Shown here: one piece after another, positions 38,370 through 51,420 of the stretch
Layout: the number at the start of each line of letters is the position of its first letter
Position numbering within the stretch: the stretch's first letter is position 1
From: an uncultured Rhodospirillaceae bacterium
Lineage (GTDB): Bacteria > Pseudomonadota > Alphaproteobacteria > SP197
DNA length: 64,000 nucleotides
Assembly (NCBI GenBank): GCA_937880925.1
Contig: CALGGB010000065.1
Span: 6,004 to 70,003, forward strand
Direction: 5' to 3'
The notes under the pieces: generated by a model
The model's input: the letters and a program-made list of their open reading frames with translations, nothing else
Databases searched by the model: none
What the model was told of the DNA's origin: nothing
Translations under genes and position numbers: made by a program

Positions 38370-39968
38370 ATGTCGATCGGCCGCCCGCTGCGCCTGCTCC
38401 AGGGCCTGTTTTTCGCCGCCATCCTGATGCTGGGGGCCGCCCCTGCCTGGGCACAGGCAATTCACCTGGGCAATGGCACAGAACCCGAAAGCCTGGACAT
38501 CCACCAATCCTCGGGTGTTTCGGAAGCCAACATCCAGCGCGACCTGTTCGAGGGGCTGATCGCCGAGGGGCCGGACGCCAGCCTTATCCCGGGCGCAGCC
38601 GAAAGCTGGGAGATCAGCGAGGACGGCACCCTCTATACCTTTCATCTGCGCGAGGACGCGGTGTGGTCGAACGGCGATCCGGTGACGGCGGGCGATTTCG
38701 TCTATGCCTTCCACCGGGGCCTCGCGCCCGAAACGGCAGCCGCCTATGCCTTCATTCTCTATCCCGTGCTGAACGCCGAGCAATATGTCGCCGGCGAGAT
38801 CGACGACCCCGACGCCGTCGGCATCCGGGCGATCGACGACAGGACGCTGGAGATCACGCTGAAGGCGCCGACCGCCTATTTCCTCGACATGCTGACCCAT
38901 CACATGGCCTATCCGCTCCATCGGGCCTCGGTCGAAGCCCATCCAGGCGACTGGACGCGGCCGGGCAACCTGGTCTCCAACGGCGCCTTCACCCTGGCCG
39001 AGTGGGCGCCCCAGTCCTTCATCCGCCTGGAGAAGAACCCGCGCTATCACGGCGCCGACGAGGTCGCGCTCGATGAGATCTTCTACTATCCGACCGAAGA
39101 CGAAGGCCAGGAACTGCAGCGCTACCGCGCAGGGGAGCTGGATGTCACCTACGACATTCCCGCCGACCAGATCGACTGGATCGTCGCCAACCTGAACGAC
39201 GAGTACCGCAACTATCCTTATCTCGGCACTTACTACTACGCGCTCAACACCACGATCGCGCCGTTTGCCGGAAATATCGGCCTGCGCAAGGCGCTCTCGC
39301 TGGCCATCGACCGCGAAGTCCTGACCCAGAAGATCACGCGGGCCGGCGAAATCCCCGCCTATTCCTTCGTGCCGCCCGGCGTCATGGGTTATCAGCAGCA
39401 GAGCGAGGATTGGGCCGACTGGACCCAGGAGGCGCGCAACGCACGGGCCAGGGAGCTTTATGCCGCGGCAGGCTACGGCCCCGACAACCCGCTCGAGATC
39501 GAAATTCTCTACAACACCAGCGACAACCACAAGAAGGTCGCCATCGCGATCGCGGCGATGTGGAAACAGACCCTGGGCGTGCAGACCACGCTGCGCAACG
39601 AGGAATGGAAGGCCTATCTTTCCAGCCGCGACGAAAAGAACTTCGAGATCGTGCGCGCCGGCTGGATCGGCGACTACAACGACGCCAACACCTTCCTCGA
39701 ACTCTTCGTTTCCGATGCCGGCATGATGAACAACCCCGGTTACGACAACCCGCGCTACGACGAACTGGTCAAGGGCGGCGCCTTCGAGACCGACCTTGCC
39801 GTGCGCGAGGGCATGCTGGAGGAGGCCGAACGGATCTTTCTTGAGGACAGTCCGCTGATCCCGATCTACTTCTACACCACCCAGCACATGGTGAAGCCCA
39901 CGGTCGGAGGCTGGATCGACAACATCAAGGACGTCCATCCCTCCCGCTTCCTCTCGGTGGACGGCTAG
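38370..39968 (+). CDS. oppA: oligopeptide ABC transporter substrate-binding protein
   Basis: NGTEPESLD, WSNGDPVTAGDFVY, VSNGAFTL, RAGWIGDYND. Confidence 0.93.
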   Translation: MSIGRPLRLLQGLFFAAILMLGAAPAWAQAIHLGNGTEPESLDIHQSSGVSEANIQRDLFEGLIAEGPDASLIPGAAESWEISEDGTLYTFHLREDAVWSNGDPVTAGDFVYAFHRGLAPETAAAYAFILYPVLNAEQYVAGEIDDPDAVGIRAIDDRTLEITLKAPTAYFLDMLTHHMAYPLHRASVEAHPGDWTRPGNLVSNGAFTLAEWAPQSFIRLEKNPRYHGADEVALDEIFYYPTEDEGQELQRYRAGELDVTYDIPADQIDWIVANLNDEYRNYPYLGTYYYALNTTIAPFAGNIGLRKALSLAIDREVLTQKITRAGEIPAYSFVPPGVMGYQQQSEDWADWTQEARNARARELYAAAGYGPDNPLEIEILYNTSDNHKKVAIAIAAMWKQTLGVQTTLRNEEWKAYLSSRDEKNFEIVRAGWIGDYNDANTFLELFVSDAGMMNNPGYDNPRYDELVKGGAFETDLAVREGMLEEAERIFLEDSPLIPIYFYTTQHMVKPTVGGWIDNIKDVHPSRFLSVDG

Positions 39969-40005
39969 AAGGCGCGGGCCGGTTCCGGCCGGCCCGGTCG
40001 CGGCG

Positions 40006-40923
40006 ATGTTCTCCTATACCCTGCGGCGTCTGGCCGGGGCGGTGCCCACCGTCTTCGTGATCATCGCCATCGCGTTTTTCATGATCCGGCTGGCGCCAGG
40101 CGGCCCCTTCGACCAGGAACGCTCCGTGCCGGCCGAAATCCAGGCCAACCTGGAGCGTGCCTATCACCTGGACGAACCGCTGACGACGCAGTTCCTGCGC
40201 TATCTCGGCAACATCCTGACCGGGGATTTCGGACCCTCCTTCCGCTACAAGGACTTCACCGTCACCGAGCTTCTGGCCGACGGGTTTCCCGTCTCGCTCA
40301 AGCTTGGCCTGGCGGCCATGGTCATTGCGCTGATCGTGGGTTTTGCCGCCGGGGCCTATGCCGCGCTGCGGCGCAACTCCGCCTTCGATGCCGCGACCAT
40401 GACGCTGGCCATGACCGGCATCGCCGTGCCCAATTTCGTCGTCGCGCCGCTGCTGACGCTGACCCTTGGGGTCTGGCTCGCCCTGCTGCCGGTGGGCGGC
40501 TGGGGCAGCTTCGACCAGGCGATCCTGCCCGTGGTGGCGCTCGCCATGCCCGAGATCGCCTACATCGCGCGCCTGACGCGGGGCAGCATGCTGGAAGTGC
40601 TGCGCGCCGATTTCGTGCGCACCGCCCGCGCCAAGGGGCTTTCCGAACGCGCCATGGTGCTGCGCCACGCCCTGCAGGCCGCGGCCCTGCCGGTCCTCTC
40701 GTTCCTCGGTCCCACCACGGCGGCTGTCATCACCGGTTCGGTCGTCATCGAGCAGATCTTCGGCATCCCCGGCATCGGGCGCCACTTCGTGCAGGGCGCG
40801 CTCAACCGCGACTACACGCTGGTGATGGGGGTGGTGATCTTCTATGCGGTGGTCATCATCGCCTTCAACCTGCTGGTCGATCTGCTCTATCCCCTGTTCG
40901 ACCCAAGGGTACGCCATGATTGA
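40006..40923 (+). CDS. oppB: oligopeptide ABC transporter permease
   Basis: LAPGGPFD, GDFGPS, RTARAKGL, ALNRDYTLVMG. Confidence 0.93.
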   Translation: MFSYTLRRLAGAVPTVFVIIAIAFFMIRLAPGGPFDQERSVPAEIQANLERAYHLDEPLTTQFLRYLGNILTGDFGPSFRYKDFTVTELLADGFPVSLKLGLAAMVIALIVGFAAGAYAALRRNSAFDAATMTLAMTGIAVPNFVVAPLLTLTLGVWLALLPVGGWGSFDQAILPVVALAMPEIAYIARLTRGSMLEVLRADFVRTARAKGLSERAMVLRHALQAAALPVLSFLGPTTAAVITGSVVIEQIFGIPGIGRHFVQGALNRDYTLVMGVVIFYAVVIIAFNLLVDLLYPLFDPRVRHD

Positions 40924-41779
40924 GGCGCTGGCCGCCCCTCCCCGCTCGCCCTGGCGCGATGCCGGCGTACGCCTGCTGCGCAACCGGGCGGCGATCGTTT
41001 CGTGCGTTGTGCTGGCGATGATCGCGGCGGCCTGTGCCCTGGTGCCTTCGTTTGCCCAATGGCCGCTCGATGCGGTGGACTGGTCGGCGATTCAGGCGCC
41101 GCCCTCGGCAGAGCACTGGTTCGGCACCGATGGCAATGGCCGCGACCTGTTCGTGCGCATCTTCTACGGCGGGCGCATCTCGCTCACCCTGGGCCTGGCC
41201 GCAACCCTGGTCGCCGTCATCATCGGCGTAGCCTGGGGCGCCACGGCAGGCTACGCCGGCGGCGCCGTCGACGGCCTGATGATGCGCGCCGTGGACGTGC
41301 TTTATGCCCTGCCCTTCATGTTCTTCGTCATCCTGCTGATGGTGTTCTTCGGGCGCGACATGGTGCTGATGTTCATCGCCCTGGGTGCGGTCTCCTGGCT
41401 CGACATGGCACGTATCGTGCGCGGCCAGACCCTGACCCTGAAGCGGCGTGAATTCGTGCGCGCGGCCCATGCCATGGGCGCACGCCCCACCGCCGTGGTC
41501 GTCCGCCACATCGTGCCGAACCTGCTGGGCCCGGTTGCGGTTTTTGCCACGCTGACGGTGCCCCGCGTCATCCTCTTCGAATCCCTGCTTTCGTTTCTGG
41601 GCCTTGGCGTGCAGGAACCGATGACAAGCTGGGGCGTGCTCATCTCCGAGGGCGCCAGCGCCATGGAATCGGCACCGTGGATGCTGCTCTTTCCCGCCGT
41701 CTTTCTCGCGACCACCCTTTTTGCCCTAAACTTCATCGGCGATGGCCTGCGCGACGCGCTGGATCCCCGCGACCATTAG
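40916..41779 (+). CDS. oppC: oligopeptide ABC transporter permease
   Basis: HWFGTDGNGRDL, ARIVRGQ, LSFLGLGVQEP, GDGLRDALDPR. Confidence 0.93.
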   Translation: MIEALAAPPRSPWRDAGVRLLRNRAAIVSCVVLAMIAAACALVPSFAQWPLDAVDWSAIQAPPSAEHWFGTDGNGRDLFVRIFYGGRISLTLGLAATLVAVIIGVAWGATAGYAGGAVDGLMMRAVDVLYALPFMFFVILLMVFFGRDMVLMFIALGAVSWLDMARIVRGQTLTLKRREFVRAAHAMGARPTAVVVRHIVPNLLGPVAVFATLTVPRVILFESLLSFLGLGVQEPMTSWGVLISEGASAMESAPWMLLFPAVFLATTLFALNFIGDGLRDALDPRDH

Positions 41780-41788
41780 GAGACTGCC

Positions 41789-42382
41789 ATGCCACGGACC
41801 CTCGCCATCCTCGTTTTCGAGGGCTTCGAACCGCTCGACGTCGTCGGTCCTTTCGAGGCTTTCCTGTGCGCCGACGACGAGGCAGGCAACCCGCTCTTCA
41901 ATGTCGGACTGGTCGCCGCCACGGAAGGTCCCGTCACCGCGACCGGCCGCTTGGTGATGACGCCGCGCTGGAGTTTCGACACCCTGCCCCACACCGACAT
42001 CCTGCTGGTGCCGGGTGGCGACGGCACCGAGGCCGTCTGCGGCGACCGGGCCATGCTCGAATGGGTCACGGCCCGCGACAGCGAGGCTGAAATGACCCTT
42101 TCGGTGTGTACCGGCGCCCAGGTGCTGGCCTCGGCCGGCCTGCTGAAGGGCCTGAAGGCGACGACCTACTGGAAGTGCTACGACTGGCTGCGCAGCATCG
42201 ATCCCACGATCGAGGTGATGGAGGGCGCGCGCTGGGCCGACAACGGCCGCATCGTCTGTTCCTCGGGCGTCTCGGCGGGCATCGACATGGCGCTCCATGT
42301 CATCGGCCGGCTGCACGGCCAGACCTGCGCCGACACCACTGCCCGCGCCATGGAATACGAACACTGGCCGCTGCGGGATTGA
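41789..42382 (+). CDS. DJ-1/PfpI family protein
   Basis: FEPLDVVGP, LLVPGG, SVCTGA, SGVSAGIDMAL, MEY. Confidence 0.92.
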   Translation: MPRTLAILVFEGFEPLDVVGPFEAFLCADDEAGNPLFNVGLVAATEGPVTATGRLVMTPRWSFDTLPHTDILLVPGGDGTEAVCGDRAMLEWVTARDSEAEMTLSVCTGAQVLASAGLLKGLKATTYWKCYDWLRSIDPTIEVMEGARWADNGRIVCSSGVSAGIDMALHVIGRLHGQTCADTTARAMEYEHWPLRD

Positions 42383-42421
42383 ACATCGCGCTTGTGGACG
42401 CAGGCTCTCGCCCGTCCTCGC

Positions 42422-42446
42422 GTCGCCACCGCGAAGGCGGGGACCT
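42422..42446. repeat. degenerate REP-like element
   Basis: GTCGCCACCGCGAAGGCGGGGACCT resembles the alphaproteobacterial GTCxxCCCCGCGAAxGCGGGGAxCC REP form. Confidence 0.4.
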
Positions 42447-42480
42447 GTACGCACGGACGCAGAGGCAAGAGATGCGGCCC

Positions 42481-42544
42481 TAGAGCAGATCATCCTTATG
42501 CGGAATCGCTTCGCGATTGCGCTGAAGGATGTGAATTTGCTCTA
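42481..42544. repeat. TAGAGC...GCTCTA palindromic (RIME/MITE-like) element
   Basis: Nested arms TAGAGCAGAT/ATTTGCTCTA, CATCCTT/AAGGATG and AATCGC/GCGATT; AT-richer than its flanks. Confidence 0.65.
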
Positions 42545-42586
42545 TCTCGTCGATGTAGAGCGTATTCATGGAGGCCCGCGGCCCGC

Positions 42587-44383
<1,797 letters not shown>

Positions 44384-44494
44384 GGCCGGGGCAATAGCAC
44401 GTCCGGTGCCGACCGCGCACCTCCTCTGCGCCTGCTTGCCCCGCCCGGAAGCCGGTGACAGGATGCTGGCTGGTTACCGTCGAGGGGATGCGAC

Positions 44495-45682
44495 ATGACC
44501 GAACTCACTGATCTGGAATCCATCGTTGCCGACATGCTGGAGGACGTTTCGCGTCCCACGGCACAGGCGCGCGGCCTGCCGGGCCTTGCCTTCCACGATC
44601 CGGCCTTCCTGGAGATGGAGAACCGGAGGCTGTTTCCCCGCTGCTGGGTCGCCGCGGGTGCCGCCAGCGACATTCCCGAGCCGGGCGATGCCCGCCCGGT
44701 AGAGGTCGCGGGCCTGCCGCTGGTGCTGCTGCGCGACCGCGACGGCGCCGTGCGCGCCTTTCACAACGTCTGCCGTCACCGCGCCATGACCGTGGTCAGC
44801 GAACCCTGCAAGGGCCTGAAGACCCTGCGCTGCCCCTGGCATGCCTGGTCCTATGCGCTGGACGGCCGTCTGGTCGCCACGCCCAACCTGGGCGGCATCG
44901 GCAAGGGCGAGGCCGAGGGTTTCGACAAGGGCGACCTGGGCCTCAAACCCGTGCGCGCGGGCGAATGGCTGGGCATCGTCTTCGTCAACATCGACGGGCT
45001 GGCGGAGCCCCTGGAGCACCACACCGGACCGTTGCAGCAGCGCTTTTCGGCCTTCGACTTCTCCTGCCTCCAGCATGGCGCCACCACCGAGCGCATCTTC
45101 GAGGCCAACTGGAAACTCGCCATCGAGGGCGGCATCGAGGATTACCACCTGCCCTGGGTGCATCCCCAGGCGGTGAACGGCGATGGCGTGGTCTGGACGC
45201 CGCGCACCGAATGGGACGCGCGCCACTATGTCGGCGTTTCCGGCAAGATCGCCAGGGAGGGTACCGGCCCGGCAGTCGAGGACAGCCGCCGCAAGGGCAC
45301 GCTGCCGACCTTCCCGAACCTGCCTGCCGACGTCGACACGAACGGCAGCTTCATCTGCCAGTTCCCCAATCTGGGCGTGGGCGTCTTCCACGATCATGTG
45401 GTGACGACCATCTTCACGCCGCTGGGGCCCGATCGCACCCATGCGCGCAAGGACTACTTCTTCGTCGGCGATGCCGCGACCGATCCCGCGCTGGCGGAGG
45501 CGCGTGCCGAGGTCATCGCGGGCTGGATCACCATCGGCGACCAGGACAAGCCGCTGGTCGAGCAGGTCCACCGCAACCACAAGGCGCGTGGGCGCGCGGG
45601 TATCGACACGGTTTTTTCGCCCTACTGGGAAGGCGCGGTGCAACATTTCCAGAAAACCGTGGCAAGCTACCTCGTCGACTGA
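44495..45682 (+). CDS. Rieske non-heme-iron oxygenase alpha subunit
   Basis: NVCRHR...CPWHAWSY Rieske ligands; ANWK...EDYHLPWVHP iron site; QD. Confidence 0.93.
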   Translation: MTELTDLESIVADMLEDVSRPTAQARGLPGLAFHDPAFLEMENRRLFPRCWVAAGAASDIPEPGDARPVEVAGLPLVLLRDRDGAVRAFHNVCRHRAMTVVSEPCKGLKTLRCPWHAWSYALDGRLVATPNLGGIGKGEAEGFDKGDLGLKPVRAGEWLGIVFVNIDGLAEPLEHHTGPLQQRFSAFDFSCLQHGATTERIFEANWKLAIEGGIEDYHLPWVHPQAVNGDGVVWTPRTEWDARHYVGVSGKIAREGTGPAVEDSRRKGTLPTFPNLPADVDTNGSFICQFPNLGVGVFHDHVVTTIFTPLGPDRTHARKDYFFVGDAATDPALAEARAEVIAGWITIGDQDKPLVEQVHRNHKARGRAGIDTVFSPYWEGAVQHFQKTVASYLVD

Positions 45683-45703
45683 TCCTTCGAGAAAGCCACA
45701 TCC

Positions 45704-46645
45704 TTGCCCCAGACCCGTGTGAACCTTTCGCTCACGCCGCGTGAGCGCTGGCTGCGCCGCGCCTGGATCTGGGCGGTAATGCTGTTCTGCGGCGGTATCT
45801 GGGGCCTGGTGCCGACGCTGGCCAAGACTGCCATCGAGGACGGCGCCCATCCCATCGGCCTGACCTGGTGGCAGGGCATCGGCGGCGGCGTACTGCTGTT
45901 GGTGATAAACCTGCTGCGCGGCAAGCGCCTGCCGCTCGACCGCCGGCACCTGCTGTTCTATGGCTTCTGCGGCCTGATCGGCACGATCATGCCCACAATG
46001 GCGCTATTCTACGCCGCGCCCCACGTTTCAGCCGGCGTGATGGCGATCCTGATGGCCGCCGTGCCGATCGGCGCCTATGTCTTTGCCCTGATGCTGCGCA
46101 TCGACCGGCTGGAGTGGCTGCGCAGTCTGGGCATTGCGCTGGGCATCGTCGGCGTGGCCCTGCTGGTGCTGCCCGGATCGAACGGCGGCATCTCGCCCTG
46201 GTGGGCGCTGGTCGCCCTGCTCATCCCGCTGGGTTATGCCGCCGAGAACATCTTCGTGGCGATCCGCAGCCCGCGCGAGACCGACACCACCACGCTGGTC
46301 TGCGGCATGGTGCTGACCGGCGGCATCCTGATCACGCCGGTCATGCTGGCGACCGGCACCTTTTATCCCATCAGCTTTCCGCTCACCGACGCGGCGCTCT
46401 CGATCGGCGCCATCATCGTCGTCAACGTGCTGAGCTATGCCGCCTTCCTGCTGCTGATCTACGCGGCGGGGCCGGTGTTTGCCTCGATGTCGGGTTATGC
46501 CACGGTGCTATCGGGTATCCTATGGGGCGTCGTCTTCCTGGGCGAGAGTCACGGCATGGTCTTCTGGGTGGCGCTCGCCACCATGTTCGTCGGCATGGCC
46601 ATGGTCCGCGAGCGGGCGGTGGCGCTCGATCCCGTGGCGACCTGA
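45704..46645 (+). CDS. DMT (EamA) family transporter
   Basis: About 10 TM helices, AGPVFAS...WGVVFLGE; start uncertain (TTG). Confidence 0.88.
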   Translation: MPQTRVNLSLTPRERWLRRAWIWAVMLFCGGIWGLVPTLAKTAIEDGAHPIGLTWWQGIGGGVLLLVINLLRGKRLPLDRRHLLFYGFCGLIGTIMPTMALFYAAPHVSAGVMAILMAAVPIGAYVFALMLRIDRLEWLRSLGIALGIVGVALLVLPGSNGGISPWWALVALLIPLGYAAENIFVAIRSPRETDTTTLVCGMVLTGGILITPVMLATGTFYPISFPLTDAALSIGAIIVVNVLSYAAFLLLIYAAGPVFASMSGYATVLSGILWGVVFLGESHGMVFWVALATMFVGMAMVRERAVALDPVAT

Positions 46646-46649
46646 AGGC

Positions 46650-47225
46650 TCAGTCCTCGCCGCGCGCGATGTCCTCGGCGGCTTCGATGTCAGGCGCCTC
46701 AATGACCTTCCGGCAGAGTTCCAGGCCGTAACCCTTGCGCGCCAGGGCCGCCATGTCGCGGTCGTGGCGTTCCTCGCGCTCCTCGGCCTTGCGCCAGGGT
46801 CCGAGGCGACGGCGGCGGGCGTAGGCGACGGCGGCGGCGACATCGTCGTTCTCGGGTTCATCGAGATCAAGGGCGGCCTCCACCGTCTCGCGCGGCACGC
46901 CCTTGGCCGACAGCTTCATCGCGATGCCGCGGGTCGATTCCCCCTGGCGGCGCAGGGAGACGACCCGGCCCTCGGCATAGGCCCTGTCGTTGAGCGCCCC
47001 GGCGCGCTGGAGTCTGGCCACCACCTCCTCGATCCAGGCGGCGGCCTGCTCCTCGTCCACCGCGCCCTCTTCCTCGGACAGACGAGCGGCCTTCCAGACC
47101 TTGCGGGCTAGCACCCGGCGCAGGTTCTCGCTGGAGGTGGCGTAGCGCTCCAGATGGTGGAGGGCGGCCCGTTCCAGGTACTGGGGCGTGATGCGGCGGG
47201 GGCGTTTGCGGCGCTTTTCCTGCAT
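46650..47225 (-). CDS. recX: RecX family regulator
   Basis: YLERAALHHLERYATS, GALNDRAYA, KLSAKGV, YARRRRLGPWR, LARKGY. Confidence 0.88.
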   Translation of the reverse strand: MQEKRRKRPRRITPQYLERAALHHLERYATSSENLRRVLARKVWKAARLSEEEGAVDEEQAAAWIEEVVARLQRAGALNDRAYAEGRVVSLRRQGESTRGIAMKLSAKGVPRETVEAALDLDEPENDDVAAAVAYARRRRLGPWRKAEEREERHDRDMAALARKGYGLELCRKVIEAPDIEAAEDIARGED

Positions 47226-47336
47226 GGCTCCTAGGTAGCAGAAGCGGCCAAGAAAGGCTCGCCTCACCCCGGTGCTTTGGTCATAGTGCGCCGCTTTTTG
47301 CACTTTGCCCTTCAGCCCATTTCACGGAGTCCGGCC

Positions 47337-49328
47337 TTGGCCCTGACCCTCGGCATCGATACCGGCGGCACCTATACCGATGCGGTCCTGTTCGACACGG
47401 ACATGGGCGTCATCGCGTCCGCCAAGGCGCTGACGACCAAGCACGATCTCACCATCGGCGTGCGCGAGGCGATCGATGCGGTGCTGGGCGGGCGCGGCGC
47501 CGAGGTGGCGCTGGTCTCGATCTCCACGACGCTGGCGACCAACGCCATCGTCGAGGGCCAGGGCAGTCCCGCCGCCCTGGTGCTGATCGGCCATCCCGCC
47601 TCCGACCGGGAACGCCCCGATCTCAAGCGCGCGCTCGCCAGCGACCCCCTGATCGCGGTGGCCGGCGGCCACGATGCGCTGGGCGATGCACGCCAGCCCT
47701 TCGACGCACAGTCGCTCTCGACCCAGGCCCATGCCGTGAAAGACCGGGTTTCGGCCTTTGCCATCTCCTCCATGTTCGCCGTGCGCAATCCCGCCCACGA
47801 GATCGCCGCGCGCGACCTGCTGCACGCCGAGACCGGCCTGCCGGTCTCCTGCGCTCACGAACTCTCCAGCCAGCTCGATGCGCCGCGCCGGGCGCTGACC
47901 GCCCTGCTCAACGCCCGCCTGATCTCCCTGATCCAGGGCCTGATCCGCGCCGTCGAGGGGCTGATGGGCGAGCGGGCGATTTCCGCGCCGGTGATGGTGG
48001 TGAAAGGCGACGGCTCGCTGGTCGATGCCGCCACCGCCCTGCGCTCGCCCGTCGAGACGATCCTTTCGGGGCCGGCGGCCAGTGTCGTGGGCGCCCAGCA
48101 CCTGGCGCGCCTGGACGATGCCTTTGTCTCCGATATCGGCGGCACCACGACCGACGTGGCGCTGGTCAAGGACGGCCGGCCCCAGCTTGATCCCCTGGGC
48201 GCGCGGGTGGGCGGCTACCGCACCATGGTGCGCGCCGTGGCGGTCCATACCTTCGGCCTGGGCGGCGACAGCGAGGTGCGCCTCAACGACCGCGGCCGCC
48301 TGACCGTAGGTCCGCGCCGCGCGGTGCCGCTCTCGCTGCTGGCAAGCCGCTATCCGCAAGTCATCAGGACCATGGAGAACCAGGCCGAACGCGGCTGGCC
48401 GGGCGAATGGGACGGCGCCTTCGTGCTGCGCCAGCGGGCGCTGGATACCGACCCCGCCTCCCTCTCGCGCCCGCAGCGGCGCATCTGGGATGCGCTGGAG
48501 GATGGTCCGGTGAGCCTGGAGTGGCTCTACAGCGACCAGTCGCCGACGCTTTCCCTTGCCCGCCTGCTCGACCGGGGCCTCGTCATCATGGCGCGCCTGA
48601 CGCCCAGCGACGCCTCGCACCTGCTGGGCTTCCACCACGGCTGGGAGCGGCGCGGCGCCGAACTGGGCGCACAGCTCTGGCTGCGCTGGTGGAAGATCAC
48701 CGGCCACGACACACCCGAGACGCCCCAGGACCTCGCCCGCCTGATCGTCGATACGACAGTCACGTCCTCGGCACGCGCCCTGCTCGAATCGGCGATGATG
48801 GAGGAACATCGCACCGCCCTGCCCGGCGGCAACGCGGGCGAGGCGCTGGTCAATTCCGCCATCTCGGAGAAGGCGGGCGACCTGCTGCGCCTGCAGGCCG
48901 TGCTGGGCCGGACCATCGTCGCCGTGGGCGCGCCGGCGGCAACCTACTACCCCGAGATCGCCCGGCGCCTCTCCACCGGCGTCGTGGTGCCCGAACACGC
49001 CGAGGTCTGCAATGCGGTGGGTGCGGTCGCGGGCGGCGTCGCCCAGCGGGTCGACGCCCTGATCACCGCGCCGTCCGAAGGGCTCTACCGCTGCCACATG
49101 CCCGAGGGCATCGCCGATTTCCGCGACCTGGAGAGTGCGGCCTTCCACGCCGAGTCCGAGATCGGCCAGCGCGCCCGCCGCGCCGCCGAGGCGATCGGCG
49201 CCATCGACATCCGCCTCAAGATCGAACGCCACGACGAGGTCGTGCGCGCCGCCGACGGCACGGCGACCTTCATCGAATGCCGGCTGTCGGCCGTGGCCAG
49301 CGGCCGCCCTGCCCTGGCGACCGACTGA
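47337..49328 (+). CDS. hydantoinase A/oxoprolinase family ATP-dependent protein
   Basis: LGIDTGGTYTD, STTLATNA, ETILSGPAAS, DIGGTTTD, GLGGDS, NAVGA. Confidence 0.92.
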   Translation: MALTLGIDTGGTYTDAVLFDTDMGVIASAKALTTKHDLTIGVREAIDAVLGGRGAEVALVSISTTLATNAIVEGQGSPAALVLIGHPASDRERPDLKRALASDPLIAVAGGHDALGDARQPFDAQSLSTQAHAVKDRVSAFAISSMFAVRNPAHEIAARDLLHAETGLPVSCAHELSSQLDAPRRALTALLNARLISLIQGLIRAVEGLMGERAISAPVMVVKGDGSLVDAATALRSPVETILSGPAASVVGAQHLARLDDAFVSDIGGTTTDVALVKDGRPQLDPLGARVGGYRTMVRAVAVHTFGLGGDSEVRLNDRGRLTVGPRRAVPLSLLASRYPQVIRTMENQAERGWPGEWDGAFVLRQRALDTDPASLSRPQRRIWDALEDGPVSLEWLYSDQSPTLSLARLLDRGLVIMARLTPSDASHLLGFHHGWERRGAELGAQLWLRWWKITGHDTPETPQDLARLIVDTTVTSSARALLESAMMEEHRTALPGGNAGEALVNSAISEKAGDLLRLQAVLGRTIVAVGAPAATYYPEIARRLSTGVVVPEHAEVCNAVGAVAGGVAQRVDALITAPSEGLYRCHMPEGIADFRDLESAAFHAESEIGQRARRAAEAIGAIDIRLKIERHDEVVRAADGTATFIECRLSAVASGRPALATD

Positions 49329-49341
49329 AAGCGCCCCGGCG

Positions 49342-49399
49342 CTTGACTCCGGGCCGTTCCGGTCTCACATAGGCAATCAGGACTGGAAAGGTCCTGATT
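49342..49399 (+). promoter_or_regulatory. sigma70-type promoter and inverted-repeat operator of the suf operon
   Basis: CTTGAC at 49342-49347; -10-like CACATA near 49366; perfect 9-bp inverted repeat AATCAGGAC-N7-GTCCTGATT (49375-49399). Confidence 0.7.
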
Positions 49400-49456
49400 A
49401 GGTCGCGGCCCGGTTTTCCGCGCTCCGCGACCGCCAACGACCGAACGGATAGCCGC

Positions 49457-49912
49457 ATGATTCGTCTCAGCCGCATGGCCGATTACGGCGTCGTCGTCAT
49501 GACCTACATGGCGATGCGCGCGCACCAGACCCAGACCACCCACCAGGTGGCGGAGTCGACCGGCCTGTCGGAAGCGACCGTCGCCAAGCTGCTGAAGGTC
49601 TTCGCCCGCGACGGCCTGCTCGAAAGCCATCGCGGCGTTCACGGCGGCTATGAACTGACGCGCCATGCCGAGGAGATTTCGGTCGCCGAGATCGTCACCG
49701 CGGTCGAGGGACCCATCGCGCTGACCCTGTGCGTCGATGAACACCCCGGCAACTGCGACGTCGAATCCCTGTGCCCCATGCGGGGTGGCTGGAACCGTAT
49801 CAACAACGCGCTGCGCGAGGCGCTTGAAGGTGTCTCGCTGGCTGCCATGGCGTTCCCGGATCTGCCGCCGCTCGGCGCGCTGTCCGTCGGCAATGCCCGC
49901 ACGGCGAGCTAG
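49457..49912 (+). CDS. Rrf2-family SUF system regulator (IscR-like)
   Basis: [20 protein letters not shown], three Cys in LTLCV...NCDVESLCP. Confidence 0.93.
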   Translation: MIRLSRMADYGVVVMTYMAMRAHQTQTTHQVAESTGLSEATVAKLLKVFARDGLLESHRGVHGGYELTRHAEEISVAEIVTAVEGPIALTLCVDEHPGNCDVESLCPMRGGWNRINNALREALEGVSLAAMAFPDLPPLGALSVGNARTAS

Positions 49913-49922
49913 GAGAAAAGCG

Positions 49923-51383
<1,461 letters not shown>

Positions 51384-51420
51384 AGGCCCGACGCGCACCG
51401 GGAACAAGAAGGGCAAGAAG

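Noticed and set aside
46650-47225. recX unlinked from recA
   Set aside because: Usual arrangement in Alphaproteobacteria.
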